Below are positions 51,173-60,170 of a stretch of DNA of 64,000 bases, one piece after another. Source of the DNA: Syntrophales bacterium (GTDB lineage: Bacteria > Desulfobacterota > Syntrophia > Syntrophales > UBA6807); contig JAXGPA010000003.1 of the NCBI GenBank assembly GCA_040767195.1, forward strand, positions 1 to 64,000, given 5' to 3'. The notes under the pieces were generated by a model, which saw only the letters and a list, made by a program, of their open reading frames with translations, was not told where the DNA came from and did no database searches. Each line of letters starts with the position of its first letter. The first letter of the stretch is position 1. The translations under genes and the position numbers were made by a program.

Positions 51173-51269
51173 ATGACCCCCTGGTATGGACATTCTTCCG
51201 AAAGAATAAGAGTTTCGCCAAAATTTCAATATCTTTTAATGGCTTTACTTCTCATTGTCAAGAAAATTT

Positions 51270-52001
51270 TCACTTTTTCCCCGTCGGTGCGGGCAGAAAG
51301 GATGCGATGTCTTTTTTCTCGAGAAACCGGTATTGTGCCGGCTTCATGCCTTCCAGAAGAATGCCGCCGACGGCCGTCCGGATCAGGCGGGTCACGGGAT
51401 GGCCGAAATGTTCGAAATACCGGCGGATGACACGGTTTTTTCCCTCGTGGATGACAACACGGAACCAGGTGCTTCCGGGATTCCGTTTTTCCGCGGATAT
51501 CTCGACGGGCCTGAAGAAACCGTCGTCGAGGTCCGTGCCTTTCCGGAGAGCCGACTGGACCGGTTCCGACACGGCGCCTTTCACCTTCACGTAGTACTCC
51601 TTGGGAATTTCGTGCCTGGGATGCTGTATCAGCTGGGCGAACTCGCCGTCATTGGTGAGCAGAAGAAGGCCTTCCGAGTCGTAATCCAGCCTCCCCACGG
51701 GGAAGACCCGCGAGGGGGTTTTCTTCAAAAGATCGGCCACCGTGGGCCTGCCCTGGGGATCGCTCATGGTTGTCACGTATCCTGGTGGCTTGTGCAAGGC
51801 GATGTAGATCAGTCGTGGCCTCTCGGGCAGAATGCGTTTCCCGTCCACGCGGATCTCGTCTTTTTGCGCATCCGCTTTGCTTCCCGGCTGGGTCAGGATC
51901 CGCCCGTTCACGGTGACCCGCCCTTCCGCGATCATCCGTTCCGCCTTGCGCCGCGAGGCGATTCCCGCCCGGGAAAGGATTTTGTGGATCCGTTCATCCA
52001 T
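51270..52001 (-). CDS. rluB: rRNA pseudouridine synthase (RluB/RsuA family)
   Basis: S4 domain GIASRRKAE, HKPPG, PVGRLDYDSEGLLLLTNDG and EGKNRVIRR motifs; follows scpAB. Confidence 0.9.
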   Translation of the reverse strand: MDERIHKILSRAGIASRRKAERMIAEGRVTVNGRILTQPGSKADAQKDEIRVDGKRILPERPRLIYIALHKPPGYVTTMSDPQGRPTVADLLKKTPSRVFPVGRLDYDSEGLLLLTNDGEFAQLIQHPRHEIPKEYYVKVKGAVSEPVQSALRKGTDLDDGFFRPVEISAEKRNPGSTWFRVVIHEGKNRVIRRYFEHFGHPVTRLIRTAVGGILLEGMKPAQYRFLEKKDIASFLPAPTGKK

Positions 52002-52053
52002 TTGGATCAGTGCCTCCAACCAGGGCAGGTCCAAAACGGTGTTGAAAACGTTT

Positions 52054-52578
52054 TCATGGAGCGGTCATGTCCTTCCAGTCACGGAGCGTCGGAAGCTCGG
52101 AGAGATCACGGAGATGAAACAGTTCGAGAAACCGGGCCGTCGTCGCGTAAATAATGGGTTTTCCCGGGATGTCTTTCCTCCCGGCGACCCGCACCAGGTT
52201 TTTTTCCAGGAGATTTCTCAGTGTTCCCGAGCTGTCTACGCCTCGAATGACGTCGATTTCGGCTTTCACGACGGGCTGCCGATAGGCGATGATGGCCAGG
52301 GTTTCCAGGGCGGCCCGGCTGAGGGTGAAGGGACGTTCCTTCCGGAATCGGCGGACCCACTCGCGGACGCTTTCCCGCGTCCGGATCTGGTAGCCCCCGG
52401 ACACCTCGGCGACATAGAGTCCCCCTTCCCGGGAGCGGTAATCCTCGACGAGGGATTTCAGGGCCCCCCGGATACGGTCTTCATCCCACTCGGGCAGCAG
52501 GTTCTTGAGGCGCTGGAAGGGCACCGGGGTGTCGGAAACAAAAATCAGCGCTTCAAGAATGGTTTTGAGATCCTCCAT
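52054..52578 (-). CDS. scpB: SMC-ScpAB complex subunit ScpB
   Basis: LEALIFVS, LSRAALETLAIIAYRQP, IRGVDS and FLELFHL...LP motifs. Confidence 0.95.
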   Translation of the reverse strand: MEDLKTILEALIFVSDTPVPFQRLKNLLPEWDEDRIRGALKSLVEDYRSREGGLYVAEVSGGYQIRTRESVREWVRRFRKERPFTLSRAALETLAIIAYRQPVVKAEIDVIRGVDSSGTLRNLLEKNLVRVAGRKDIPGKPIIYATTARFLELFHLRDLSELPTLRDWKDMTAP

Positions 52579-53296
52579 GGCTCACTCCGGGACGGATACG
52601 GATCGTTTCGTAAGGGCCTGCCTGAAAGGCTTTCACGATCCGCAGCTTGATGAGCTCGAGAAGGGCCAGGAAGGTGTAAATGACGCGGGTACGATCCTGG
52701 GCGTTTTCGAGCAGTTCCTTGAAGGTGAAAGACCCTTTCCGGTTAAGCAGTTCCAGGATTTCCTGGATCCTGTCCGTTACCGAGAGGGTTTCCCGGCTCA
52801 CCTCCATGCCGTCGCCCTCTTTCCATCGTCCGAGAACGTCGCGGAAAGCCTCAACCAGCTCGAAAACGGTTATTTCCCTTACCAGTTCTCTCTCCGGTGC
52901 GGGTTCCGCGATGGGAGAGGCCCCCCGGGGGAAGACGTCCCGGTGGAGAAGGGGCATGGTGTCCATGGCCAGGGCGGCTTTCTTGAATGTTTCGTATTCG
53001 AGGAGCTGCCTTGCCAGGTCCATGCGCGGGTCCTCTTCGGCTTCCCCGTTTTCCCCCGTTTCGTGGACCGGCAGGAGCATCCTCGATTTGATGTGGAGGA
53101 GGGTGGACGCCATGACGAGGTAGTCGCTGGCGATGTCGAGATTAAGCGTGCTCATCCGGTCGAGGTGCTGGAAGTACTGCTCCGTGATGACGGCGATGGG
53201 GATGTCGTAGATGTCGACTTCGTTTTTCCGGATCAGGTAGAGGAGGAGATCCAGGGGACCTTCAAATATGTTCAGGCGGATTTCATAGCCTGTCAT
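52553..53296 (-). CDS. scpA: SMC-ScpAB complex subunit ScpA
   Basis: FEGPLDLLLYLI, IKSRMLLP and TFLALLEL motifs. Confidence 0.95.
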   Translation of the reverse strand: MTGYEIRLNIFEGPLDLLLYLIRKNEVDIYDIPIAVITEQYFQHLDRMSTLNLDIASDYLVMASTLLHIKSRMLLPVHETGENGEAEEDPRMDLARQLLEYETFKKAALAMDTMPLLHRDVFPRGASPIAEPAPERELVREITVFELVEAFRDVLGRWKEGDGMEVSRETLSVTDRIQEILELLNRKGSFTFKELLENAQDRTRVIYTFLALLELIKLRIVKAFQAGPYETIRIRPGVSHGGSQNHS

Positions 53297-54285
53297 CGGA
53301 TTTTCAGCGCCCTGCGGACCTCCGTCATGGTCGTGCCGGCGATGACCCGGGCCCTGGCGGTGCCTTCCAGGATGATTTCTTCCACTTCTTTTCCGTGGGT
53401 CCGGTAATGTTCCCGCCTCTCATGGATCTCTCCCATGGACGCCTCGACACGTTCTGCCAGACGTTTTTTGCAGGCCACGCAGCCGATGGACGCCAAGCGG
53501 CACGATTCTTCTATTTCCCGGACTTCCTCCGGAGCCGTGTAAAGCCCGTGGAACGAAAAAACGTTGCATATTTCCGGCCGTCCCGGGTCACTTTTCCGCA
53601 TCCGCTGCGGGTCGGTGAACATGGACGCTATTTTTTCCCGAAGCACCTGGCCCGTGTCGGAAAGGTAAATGGCGTTTTCGTATGATTTGCTCATTTTCCG
53701 ACCATCTATGCCGAGCATCTTGGGAACCGTGGCGAGAAGGGGTTCGGGAACGGGGAAGACGGTCTCATAAAGATAGTTGAAACGGCGGGCGATCTCTCTC
53801 GTGAGTTCCAGGTGAGGAAGCTGATCGACGCCGACGGGGACGCCCCAGGCCTTGTAGATGAGGATATCCGCCGCCTGCAGGACGGGGTAACCGAGGAAGC
53901 CGAAGGTGGACAGGTCCTTCGTTGCCAGTTCGGCCTTCATCTCCTTGTAAGTGGGGTTTCTTTCCAGCCAGGGCAGGGGGGTTATCATGGAAAGAAGGAC
54001 GAAAAGCTCGGCGTGCTCCAGGACGTGCGACTGGATGAAGAGCGTGCTTTTCTCGGGGTCGAGTCCGACGCTGAGCCAGTCGATGACCATCTCGCGGGTG
54101 TATTCCGCAAGATCGTCGGTGGAGGCGTAGTCGCTCGTCAGGGCGTGCCAGTCGGCGACGAAATAAAAGCATTCGTAAGAGCCGTCGTTCTGGAGCTCCA
54201 CCCAGTTCTTCAGCGCACCGTGATAATTCCCGAGGTGAAGCCTGCCCGTCGGCCGCATCCCGCTCAGGATCCTCTTTTTATTCAC
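53293..54285 (-). CDS. trpS: Tryptophan--tRNA ligase
   Basis: SGMRPTGRLHLGN, YPVLQAADI, VPVGVDQ and KMSKS motifs. Confidence 0.97.
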   Translation of the reverse strand: MNKKRILSGMRPTGRLHLGNYHGALKNWVELQNDGSYECFYFVADWHALTSDYASTDDLAEYTREMVIDWLSVGLDPEKSTLFIQSHVLEHAELFVLLSMITPLPWLERNPTYKEMKAELATKDLSTFGFLGYPVLQAADILIYKAWGVPVGVDQLPHLELTREIARRFNYLYETVFPVPEPLLATVPKMLGIDGRKMSKSYENAIYLSDTGQVLREKIASMFTDPQRMRKSDPGRPEICNVFSFHGLYTAPEEVREIEESCRLASIGCVACKKRLAERVEASMGEIHERREHYRTHGKEVEEIILEGTARARVIAGTTMTEVRRALKIR

Positions 54286-54375
54286 CGATAGCCCTTTCGT
54301 TGTTGCGGGGATTTGAACACGGACCTGGAAAAACGGATTTCCAGCGTGTTCGCGGCCTCGTGTCTTCCGGCGCCG

Positions 54376-54404
54376 TGTATATCAGAACGGCTCTTTTCTG
54401 TCAA
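54376..54404 (-). promoter_or_regulatory. Putative sigma70 promoter of trpS-scpAB-rluB
   Basis: Minus strand TTGACA-N17-TATACA. Confidence 0.6.
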
Positions 54405-54469
54405 TTCGGAGGATACGGCGGAACGGGAACGGGCGAGCCTTTCGGGTTCTGTCGACAGTCTTCAAAAAA

Positions 54470-54633
54470 GATGAACTCGTCAAAAGCCTAAAAATGTTCA
54501 GTTATCGACGGCTTTGTAAAAAGATCCAGAGGCAAGGCGCCCGAGTCCCGAGGAATGAGACGTACGTATCGGTACGTCGCAATGACGAGGGATGAAGGGC
54601 AACGCAGCCTATGGGCTTTTTACGAAGTCGTCA
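54470..54633. mobile_element. ~164 bp MITE/REPIN-like repeat, copy 2
   Basis: Same element as 49605-49768; the inner CGACGGCTTTGTAAAAAG...CTTTTTACGAAGTCGTC can fold as a long imperfect hairpin with apical GACGTAC/GTACGTC. Confidence 0.8.
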
Positions 54634-54671
54634 AAAAAAACCCCCGGACCATGACGGAGGCCGGGGGTTTT
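54633..54671 (-). terminator. Intrinsic terminator of hup
   Basis: CCCCCGG/CCGGGGG stem followed by 8 U on the minus strand. Confidence 0.75.
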
Positions 54672-54685
54672 CCGGAAACAGGATT

Positions 54686-54955
54686 CTAAATCTTGGCGGC
54701 CAGGTTCTTTCCAGGTTTGAACTTGATGGCTTTTTTCGCCTTGATCTTGATTTCCTGGCCTGTTCTCGGGTTTCTTCCCGTCCTGGCTTTTCTCTTCACC
54801 ACGGAGAAGGTGCCGAAGCCGACAAGACCGATCTTGTTGTTTTTCTTAAGTTCGTCCGCCACGGTGTTCATGAAGACTTCCAGACTCTTTCCCGCTACCG
54901 CCTTGGAAACCCCCGCCTCTTTGGCCATCCTTGCAACCAGTTCCGCTTTTGTCAT
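54686..54955 (-). CDS. hup: DNA-binding protein HU
   Basis: MTKAELV, LVGFGTFSV, RTGRNPRTG and FKPGKNL motifs. Confidence 0.93.
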   Translation of the reverse strand: MTKAELVARMAKEAGVSKAVAGKSLEVFMNTVADELKKNNKIGLVGFGTFSVVKRKARTGRNPRTGQEIKIKAKKAIKFKPGKNLAAKI

Positions 54956-55282
54956 GCAAAAACCCCCCTTCTGAAATTTTTGTGGATACAAATCCCCTCT
55001 TCACCATCGAAGAGAAAAAGGATCACTCCCCTCTTTGTTTCGTGACGGGTCTGCCGTCACAACTTACAACCTGCACTTCCGGTGCGACCCGCTTTTCCTG
55101 GAAACGGTTTCGGGAAAGCAGACAGTCACAGGGATTGGACAGGAAAAACAAGTTGTAAATGTGATTAACACAAAGAAATTAAACATTCAAGAAAAAAATC
55201 CACAGTTTTTTCGGCTTACTCAAAAAGATTTCCCCGTCCCCGGGATCCCCGATCACCTGGAGGAAGAAGTGGTGAAATTTTC

Positions 55283-55311
55283 TTGACAGGCTTCCTTAAT
55301 ACAGGTAGAAA
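55283..55311 (+). promoter_or_regulatory. Putative sigma70 promoter of the carboxylase pair
   Basis: TTGACA-N17-TAGAAA. Confidence 0.5.
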
Positions 55312-55380
55312 CCGCAAATTCAGGAGGTCTGCATTGCCGTTCCGGCCTCCCGTGGCAAAAAAGAAAAGAGGTAAGACGAG

Positions 55381-56835
55381 GTGTCGAAAAAGCCTATAAG
55401 AAGGGTTCTGGTGGCAAATCGAGGGGAAATCGCCCTTCGAATCATCCGGACCGTCAAGGAACTGGGTCTCGAAGCGGTGGCCGTTTACGAGAAACCGGAC
55501 AGCGAATCCCTTTTTATCCGCTTCGCCGATGATGCCATCCCTATCGGCGACGGACCCCGTAAAGACTATCTCAGCATCGACCGCATGATCTGGGCGGCCC
55601 GGAAAAGCGGGGCCGACGCCATTCACCCCGGATACGGGTTTCTTGCCGAGAACGCCAATTTTTCGGAAGCCTGCGAGAAGGCCGGCATCATCTTTATCGG
55701 CCCCCCACCGAAGGTCATCCGCGACCTGGGGGACAAGGTCATGGCCCGGAAGATCATGGAACGGGCCCGGATCCCTTTCGTTCCGGGGACGGACAACCTG
55801 AGCCCAGGGGAGAAAGGGATCGAGGAAGCCCTCCATTTCGGCGCCACCCAGGGCTATCCCATCATGCTCAAGGCATCCTCCGGCGGAGGCGGGCGGGGAA
55901 TCCGCAAGGTTCAGAACGACGGGGACCTGAAGATACAGCTTCCCCTGGCCCGTTCGGAGGCCCTGTCAGCTTTCAACGATGACAGCCTGTACGTGGAGAA
56001 ATGCATCGAGGCGCCCCGGCATGTGGAAGTCCAGATCCTGGCGGATACCTTCGGCGGTATCATCCACCTGGGCACCCGGGACTGTTCCATCCAGCGCCGC
56101 CACCAGAAGCTTCTCGAGATCGCACCGGCGGACCTTCCGGAGAAGGTCCTGGCGAGCATACACGACACCGCCGTAACGGCGGCCCGGGAAGCCGGCTACA
56201 TCAACGCCGGGACCGTCGAGTTCCTGGTGGATTCCAAAACCAACGATTTCTGGTTCATGGAAATGAACACGCGCCTCCAGGTGGAACACACGGTGACGGA
56301 ATTCCTCACGGGCATCGACATCGTCCGGGAACAGATCCGGATCGCCGAGGGGGAGCCCCTGGCCATTCCCCAGAAAAAGGTTCACCTCATGGGTAAATCC
56401 ATCCAGGTGCGCATTAACGCGGAGGATCCGAAGAATAATTTCATGCCCGAAGGCGGAAAAAGGGTGGAGGTATACCAGTCCCCGGGAGGGCCGGGGATAA
56501 GGCTCGACGGCATCGTCTATCAGGGATATAAGATTCCCACCGATTACGATTCGCTCCTCGTCAAGATGACCGTCCGGGGGTACAACTGGGAACAGACGGT
56601 ACAGCGGCTCAAGAGGGCCCTGCACGATTTCCTCATTGTGGGCCCGCAGACAACCATTCCTTTCTACCTGGCCATCTGTGACGAGACCGATTTCAGGAAA
56701 GGGGTGTTCGACACGTCCTACCTGGACACCCACCCGAAAGTCTTCCAGTACCCCCCGCAGGAGCGGGAAGTGGCGAAACTGGCCCGGCTCGTGGCCGAGA
56801 TTCATGCCAAGAAGACAAACCCCTACGCGTTTTAG
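55381..56835 (+). CDS. Biotin carboxylase subunit (PycA/AccC-like)
   Basis: ANRGEIA, HPGYGFLAEN, GGGGRG, RDCSIQRRHQK, EMNTRLQVEH and YDSLL motifs. Confidence 0.95.
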   Translation: MSKKPIRRVLVANRGEIALRIIRTVKELGLEAVAVYEKPDSESLFIRFADDAIPIGDGPRKDYLSIDRMIWAARKSGADAIHPGYGFLAENANFSEACEKAGIIFIGPPPKVIRDLGDKVMARKIMERARIPFVPGTDNLSPGEKGIEEALHFGATQGYPIMLKASSGGGGRGIRKVQNDGDLKIQLPLARSEALSAFNDDSLYVEKCIEAPRHVEVQILADTFGGIIHLGTRDCSIQRRHQKLLEIAPADLPEKVLASIHDTAVTAAREAGYINAGTVEFLVDSKTNDFWFMEMNTRLQVEHTVTEFLTGIDIVREQIRIAEGEPLAIPQKKVHLMGKSIQVRINAEDPKNNFMPEGGKRVEVYQSPGGPGIRLDGIVYQGYKIPTDYDSLLVKMTVRGYNWEQTVQRLKRALHDFLIVGPQTTIPFYLAICDETDFRKGVFDTSYLDTHPKVFQYPPQEREVAKLARLVAEIHAKKTNPYAF

Positions 56836-56850
56836 AAGCAAGGAGCGCTC

Positions 56851-58782
56851 ATGTATTCCATGGAAGAAAGAATAACACCCCGGGAACTCAGGGAAAAGGG
56901 TGTTTCCCACGTTCTCGACAAGATACGAAGGACGGGCGACTTTTTCGTCACCAACACGGAACGGGACCTGTCCCAGTCCGATTTCAAGAACCGCGTCATG
57001 CCCCACACCCAGATGCTGGTGGCGGAAGAGCGGAACGCCGCGGGATTTTTCTCCCTCGAAATCAGCGGGGGGGCCTCGGTCCACGTGGACATGCTGAGAA
57101 AGCAGATCAGCCCGCTGGAAAAGCTCGAGGTCCTGTCGGGTCTCATGCCGGACACGCTTTTTCAGACCCTTTGCCGGGGGATCAACCTGTTCGGTTACCG
57201 TCCTTACCCGGAGAATGTCATCCGGCTCACCGTGAGAAGTTTTGCCCGTTACATCCATGTGTGGCGGGTCTTCGACTTTCTCAACTTCATTCCCAACATG
57301 GTGCCGGTCTTCGAAGAGGTCAAAAAGGCGGGCTGCATCCTCGAGCCGTCGATCTGCTTTTCCACGGGGCCGGAGCACACCGATGACTTTTACGTGAAAA
57401 AAGTGGGCGAAATTCTCGACGTCACCGGGCCCGACATCCTTCTGTGCATCAAGAACCACGCGGGCCTGGGAACCTCGAAGCGCATCGGGGATCTTGTCCG
57501 GTCCATCCTGGACCGTTATCCGGACCTGATCATCCACTATCACGGCCACAACACGGACGGTGACGACCTGGGCAGGATCGTGGCGGCAGTGCTGAACGGC
57601 GCGAAAATCGTCGACGCGGGCGATCACTCTTTCGTGGGCTTTTACGGTCCCCCGCCGCTGCTCACGGTGATCGACACCCTGGCGAGTTACGGCCGGAAGG
57701 CCGCGGGCGTGGACCGGCAGAAGGTGATCGACACGTCCAGCAAGCTGAGACCGGAGCGGGAGCATTACCGGGACTTCGAGTCCCAGTTCCTGGGTTTCGA
57801 CCCCACCGTCCAGACGCACAAGCTGCCCGGCGGGGCCACCGGCTCGAGCTTCGAGCAGGCTGTCAAGGGAGACTTTCTCCCGCTCATGCCGGAGATTCTG
57901 CAAAAGGAACTCCCCCGGGTGCAGGTGGAGCTGGGAAACTGGTGGAGCGTCACCCCGGGGTCCCAGATCCTCTGGACGACGGCGGTGAACAACGTGCTCA
58001 AAAAGAACCGCTACCGGGACGCCAATGACGACCTCAAGAATCTCATGCTGGGACGATATGGGGACCTGCCGTTCTACTGGCCGTCCGATGAAATTTATGA
58101 AACTGTCTTTGGAAAAAACTGGAAAACCATCGTGGAGAACGAACGGGGGTACCAGAAGGTAGAGGACGTCGATCTTTCCATCGAGAAACGGGTCCTGGAG
58201 CACCGCCTGGGAAGAACGGCCTCGGAAGACGAACTGGTTCTTTATCTTCAGCATCCCAACGATGCCGTCAATTTTTTCAAATTTGAGGAAAAATTCGGAA
58301 AGACCTGGGTCCTGCCGCCGGGTGTCTGGTTCCGGAAGGGCGGTTTCAACCTCGGCGACCGGTTCGAGTTCGCTGATGCCTACGGGAAGCAGCACAGCCT
58401 AGAAGTGGGGCCCCAGCGAAGGACAAAGAGCGGCGATGCCGTGACCTACATGATCATCGACCATCACCCCGAGCCCATTCTCACGGAACTCGATCTGGAA
58501 CCGGGCCGGGAGAAGAGGAAGGTCACCCTGTCTCCCAAGGAAATCGAAGCCCTGGCGAAATCGGGTGACATTCGTTCCCCCCTCAAGGGAACGGTGAGCG
58601 AGGTGCCCGTGGAAAAGGGGAACGACGTTTCGGCGGGTCAGGTACTTATTGTTCTCGAAGCCATGAAGATGCTGAACAACATCCTTTCGGACCTGAGCGG
58701 CAGTATCTCTGATGTGCTCGTGTCGCCCGGCGACGCTGTCGACGTGGGGGACCCTCTCCTCGTCGTTCAGAAAGCGGAGTGA
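56851..58782 (+). CDS. Carboxyltransferase plus biotin-carrier subunit (PycB/OadA-like, divergent)
   Basis: DRE-TIM-type ERDLSQS, RVFDFLN, IKNHAG, HGHNT, PGG and VTPGSQ motifs; C-terminal EAMKM biotinyl domain. Confidence 0.85.
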   Translation: MYSMEERITPRELREKGVSHVLDKIRRTGDFFVTNTERDLSQSDFKNRVMPHTQMLVAEERNAAGFFSLEISGGASVHVDMLRKQISPLEKLEVLSGLMPDTLFQTLCRGINLFGYRPYPENVIRLTVRSFARYIHVWRVFDFLNFIPNMVPVFEEVKKAGCILEPSICFSTGPEHTDDFYVKKVGEILDVTGPDILLCIKNHAGLGTSKRIGDLVRSILDRYPDLIIHYHGHNTDGDDLGRIVAAVLNGAKIVDAGDHSFVGFYGPPPLLTVIDTLASYGRKAAGVDRQKVIDTSSKLRPEREHYRDFESQFLGFDPTVQTHKLPGGATGSSFEQAVKGDFLPLMPEILQKELPRVQVELGNWWSVTPGSQILWTTAVNNVLKKNRYRDANDDLKNLMLGRYGDLPFYWPSDEIYETVFGKNWKTIVENERGYQKVEDVDLSIEKRVLEHRLGRTASEDELVLYLQHPNDAVNFFKFEEKFGKTWVLPPGVWFRKGGFNLGDRFEFADAYGKQHSLEVGPQRRTKSGDAVTYMIIDHHPEPILTELDLEPGREKRKVTLSPKEIEALAKSGDIRSPLKGTVSEVPVEKGNDVSAGQVLIVLEAMKMLNNILSDLSGSISDVLVSPGDAVDVGDPLLVVQKAE

Positions 58783-59052
58783 AGAGACGGCGCGAATCCT
58801 CTTGAAAAAAACTCCGGATTCACGTTTTGAACCGGGATCACGGCCCGCCGAAAGAAGGAAATGCCGGGAAGTGGCCGTGAAAGGGTCGGCCTGAATCGGA
58901 CCATGGAACTCCCCCCGAACCCGTTGCTGCGCGTTTATGCCGGGCTGAGGGTTTCCTCTTTGGAGGGCTGCCGCGGCGCCTGGAAGGTGGCGGGCGGCGG
59001 TACCGACGAAAAGGGAAGCGTTATCACGGTCAAAGCGTGACGGTTTAGTTAC

Positions 59053-59071
59053 TTTTTACGAGTTCATCAAG
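59053..59071 (-). repeat. Solo terminal repeat of the MITE-like family
   Basis: TTTTTACGAGTTCATCAAG, the reverse complement of 49602-49620. Confidence 0.85.
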
Positions 59072-59163
59072 CTTGACTTTTTATCGCGCACTGTTTATTT
59101 ATAGCAAAGCAGGATGCGTGAAATCTTTCCCTAAAACTGAAAAAGCCAAGAGAGGGGGCCAGG

Positions 59164-60069
59164 ATGCCCGACAACCGGTATACGCTGTTCGTCATCACCG
59201 GCAAGGGAAGGCGCATGCGCCAGCTTCACCTTTCAAAGTCGGTTTTCCGGTTCGTTCTGGCGTTCCTCGTCCTTTTTATCGCCGGCTCGGTTTTCCTCTC
59301 CCTGGATTATTTCCAGATCCGAAGCCAGTCCGGTGAGCTCGGCAGGCTCAGGGAGCTGGCCCGCACCCAGAAAGAGCAGATCGACGACCTGGCTGCCAAG
59401 GTGAGCCAATTCGAGGAGCAGATGATCGGTCTCAAGGAGTTCGACCGCAAGATCCGGGCCATTACGAACCTGGAGAGCGACGGCAAGGAGGGTCAACTGC
59501 CCGGCATGGGGGGATCGATCCCGGAGGGAGATCTTTCGGCCCTTAACGAACTGTCGGACAAAGAAGCCCTCTACGACGCCATTCAGGATAACATGGACGA
59601 GCTGCTCGAGGAATTGAGCTTCCAGGAAGACAGCTTCAGGGAGATTTTCACGTTCCTTGAAAAGAAGATGAAGATCCTCGCGTCGACGCCGTCCATATGG
59701 CCCTGCCAGGGTTTCGTGACCTCCGAGTTCGGCTATCGTAAGTCCCCCTTCACGGGAAGGAGGGAACTGCACCGGGGAATCGACATCGCCACGAAACTGG
59801 GTGAAGAAATATGCGCTCCCGCGGACGGCGTGATCGTCAAGGTCACCCGCGAGTCGGACATGGGGAACATGATTAAAATAGACCATGGAAGGAACGTCTG
59901 CACGTATTACGGGCACCTTCTCAAGACCATGGTCCGAAAGGGCGAAAAAGTGAAACGGGGTGACGTCATCGGCCTTGTGGGCAACTCGGGAAGAAGCACG
60001 GGGCCGCACCTGCACTACAGCGTCACCTTGTCAGGCGTCTACGTGAACCCGAGAAAATACCTGTTTTAA
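59164..60069 (+). CDS. M23 family peptidase with TM anchor and coiled coil
   Basis: TPSIWP, HRGIDIA (HxxxD), YGHL and GNSGRSTGPHLHY motifs; upstream of secA. Confidence 0.92.
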   Translation: MPDNRYTLFVITGKGRRMRQLHLSKSVFRFVLAFLVLFIAGSVFLSLDYFQIRSQSGELGRLRELARTQKEQIDDLAAKVSQFEEQMIGLKEFDRKIRAITNLESDGKEGQLPGMGGSIPEGDLSALNELSDKEALYDAIQDNMDELLEELSFQEDSFREIFTFLEKKMKILASTPSIWPCQGFVTSEFGYRKSPFTGRRELHRGIDIATKLGEEICAPADGVIVKVTRESDMGNMIKIDHGRNVCTYYGHLLKTMVRKGEKVKRGDVIGLVGNSGRSTGPHLHYSVTLSGVYVNPRKYLF

Positions 60070-60170
60070 CAGCCTCCTGCGCTCTCATTGAAGAAAACCT
60101 TTCCAGTCACGTAAAGCGACATTAAACCCGATCCCCGTAATTTCCCTGCGGGGTTTTTTGTGGAGCGGAC

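Noticed and set aside
54286..54375. T-box upstream of trpS
   Set aside because: The leader is only ~85 nt with one hairpin and has no GGTGGNACC T-box or specifier stem.
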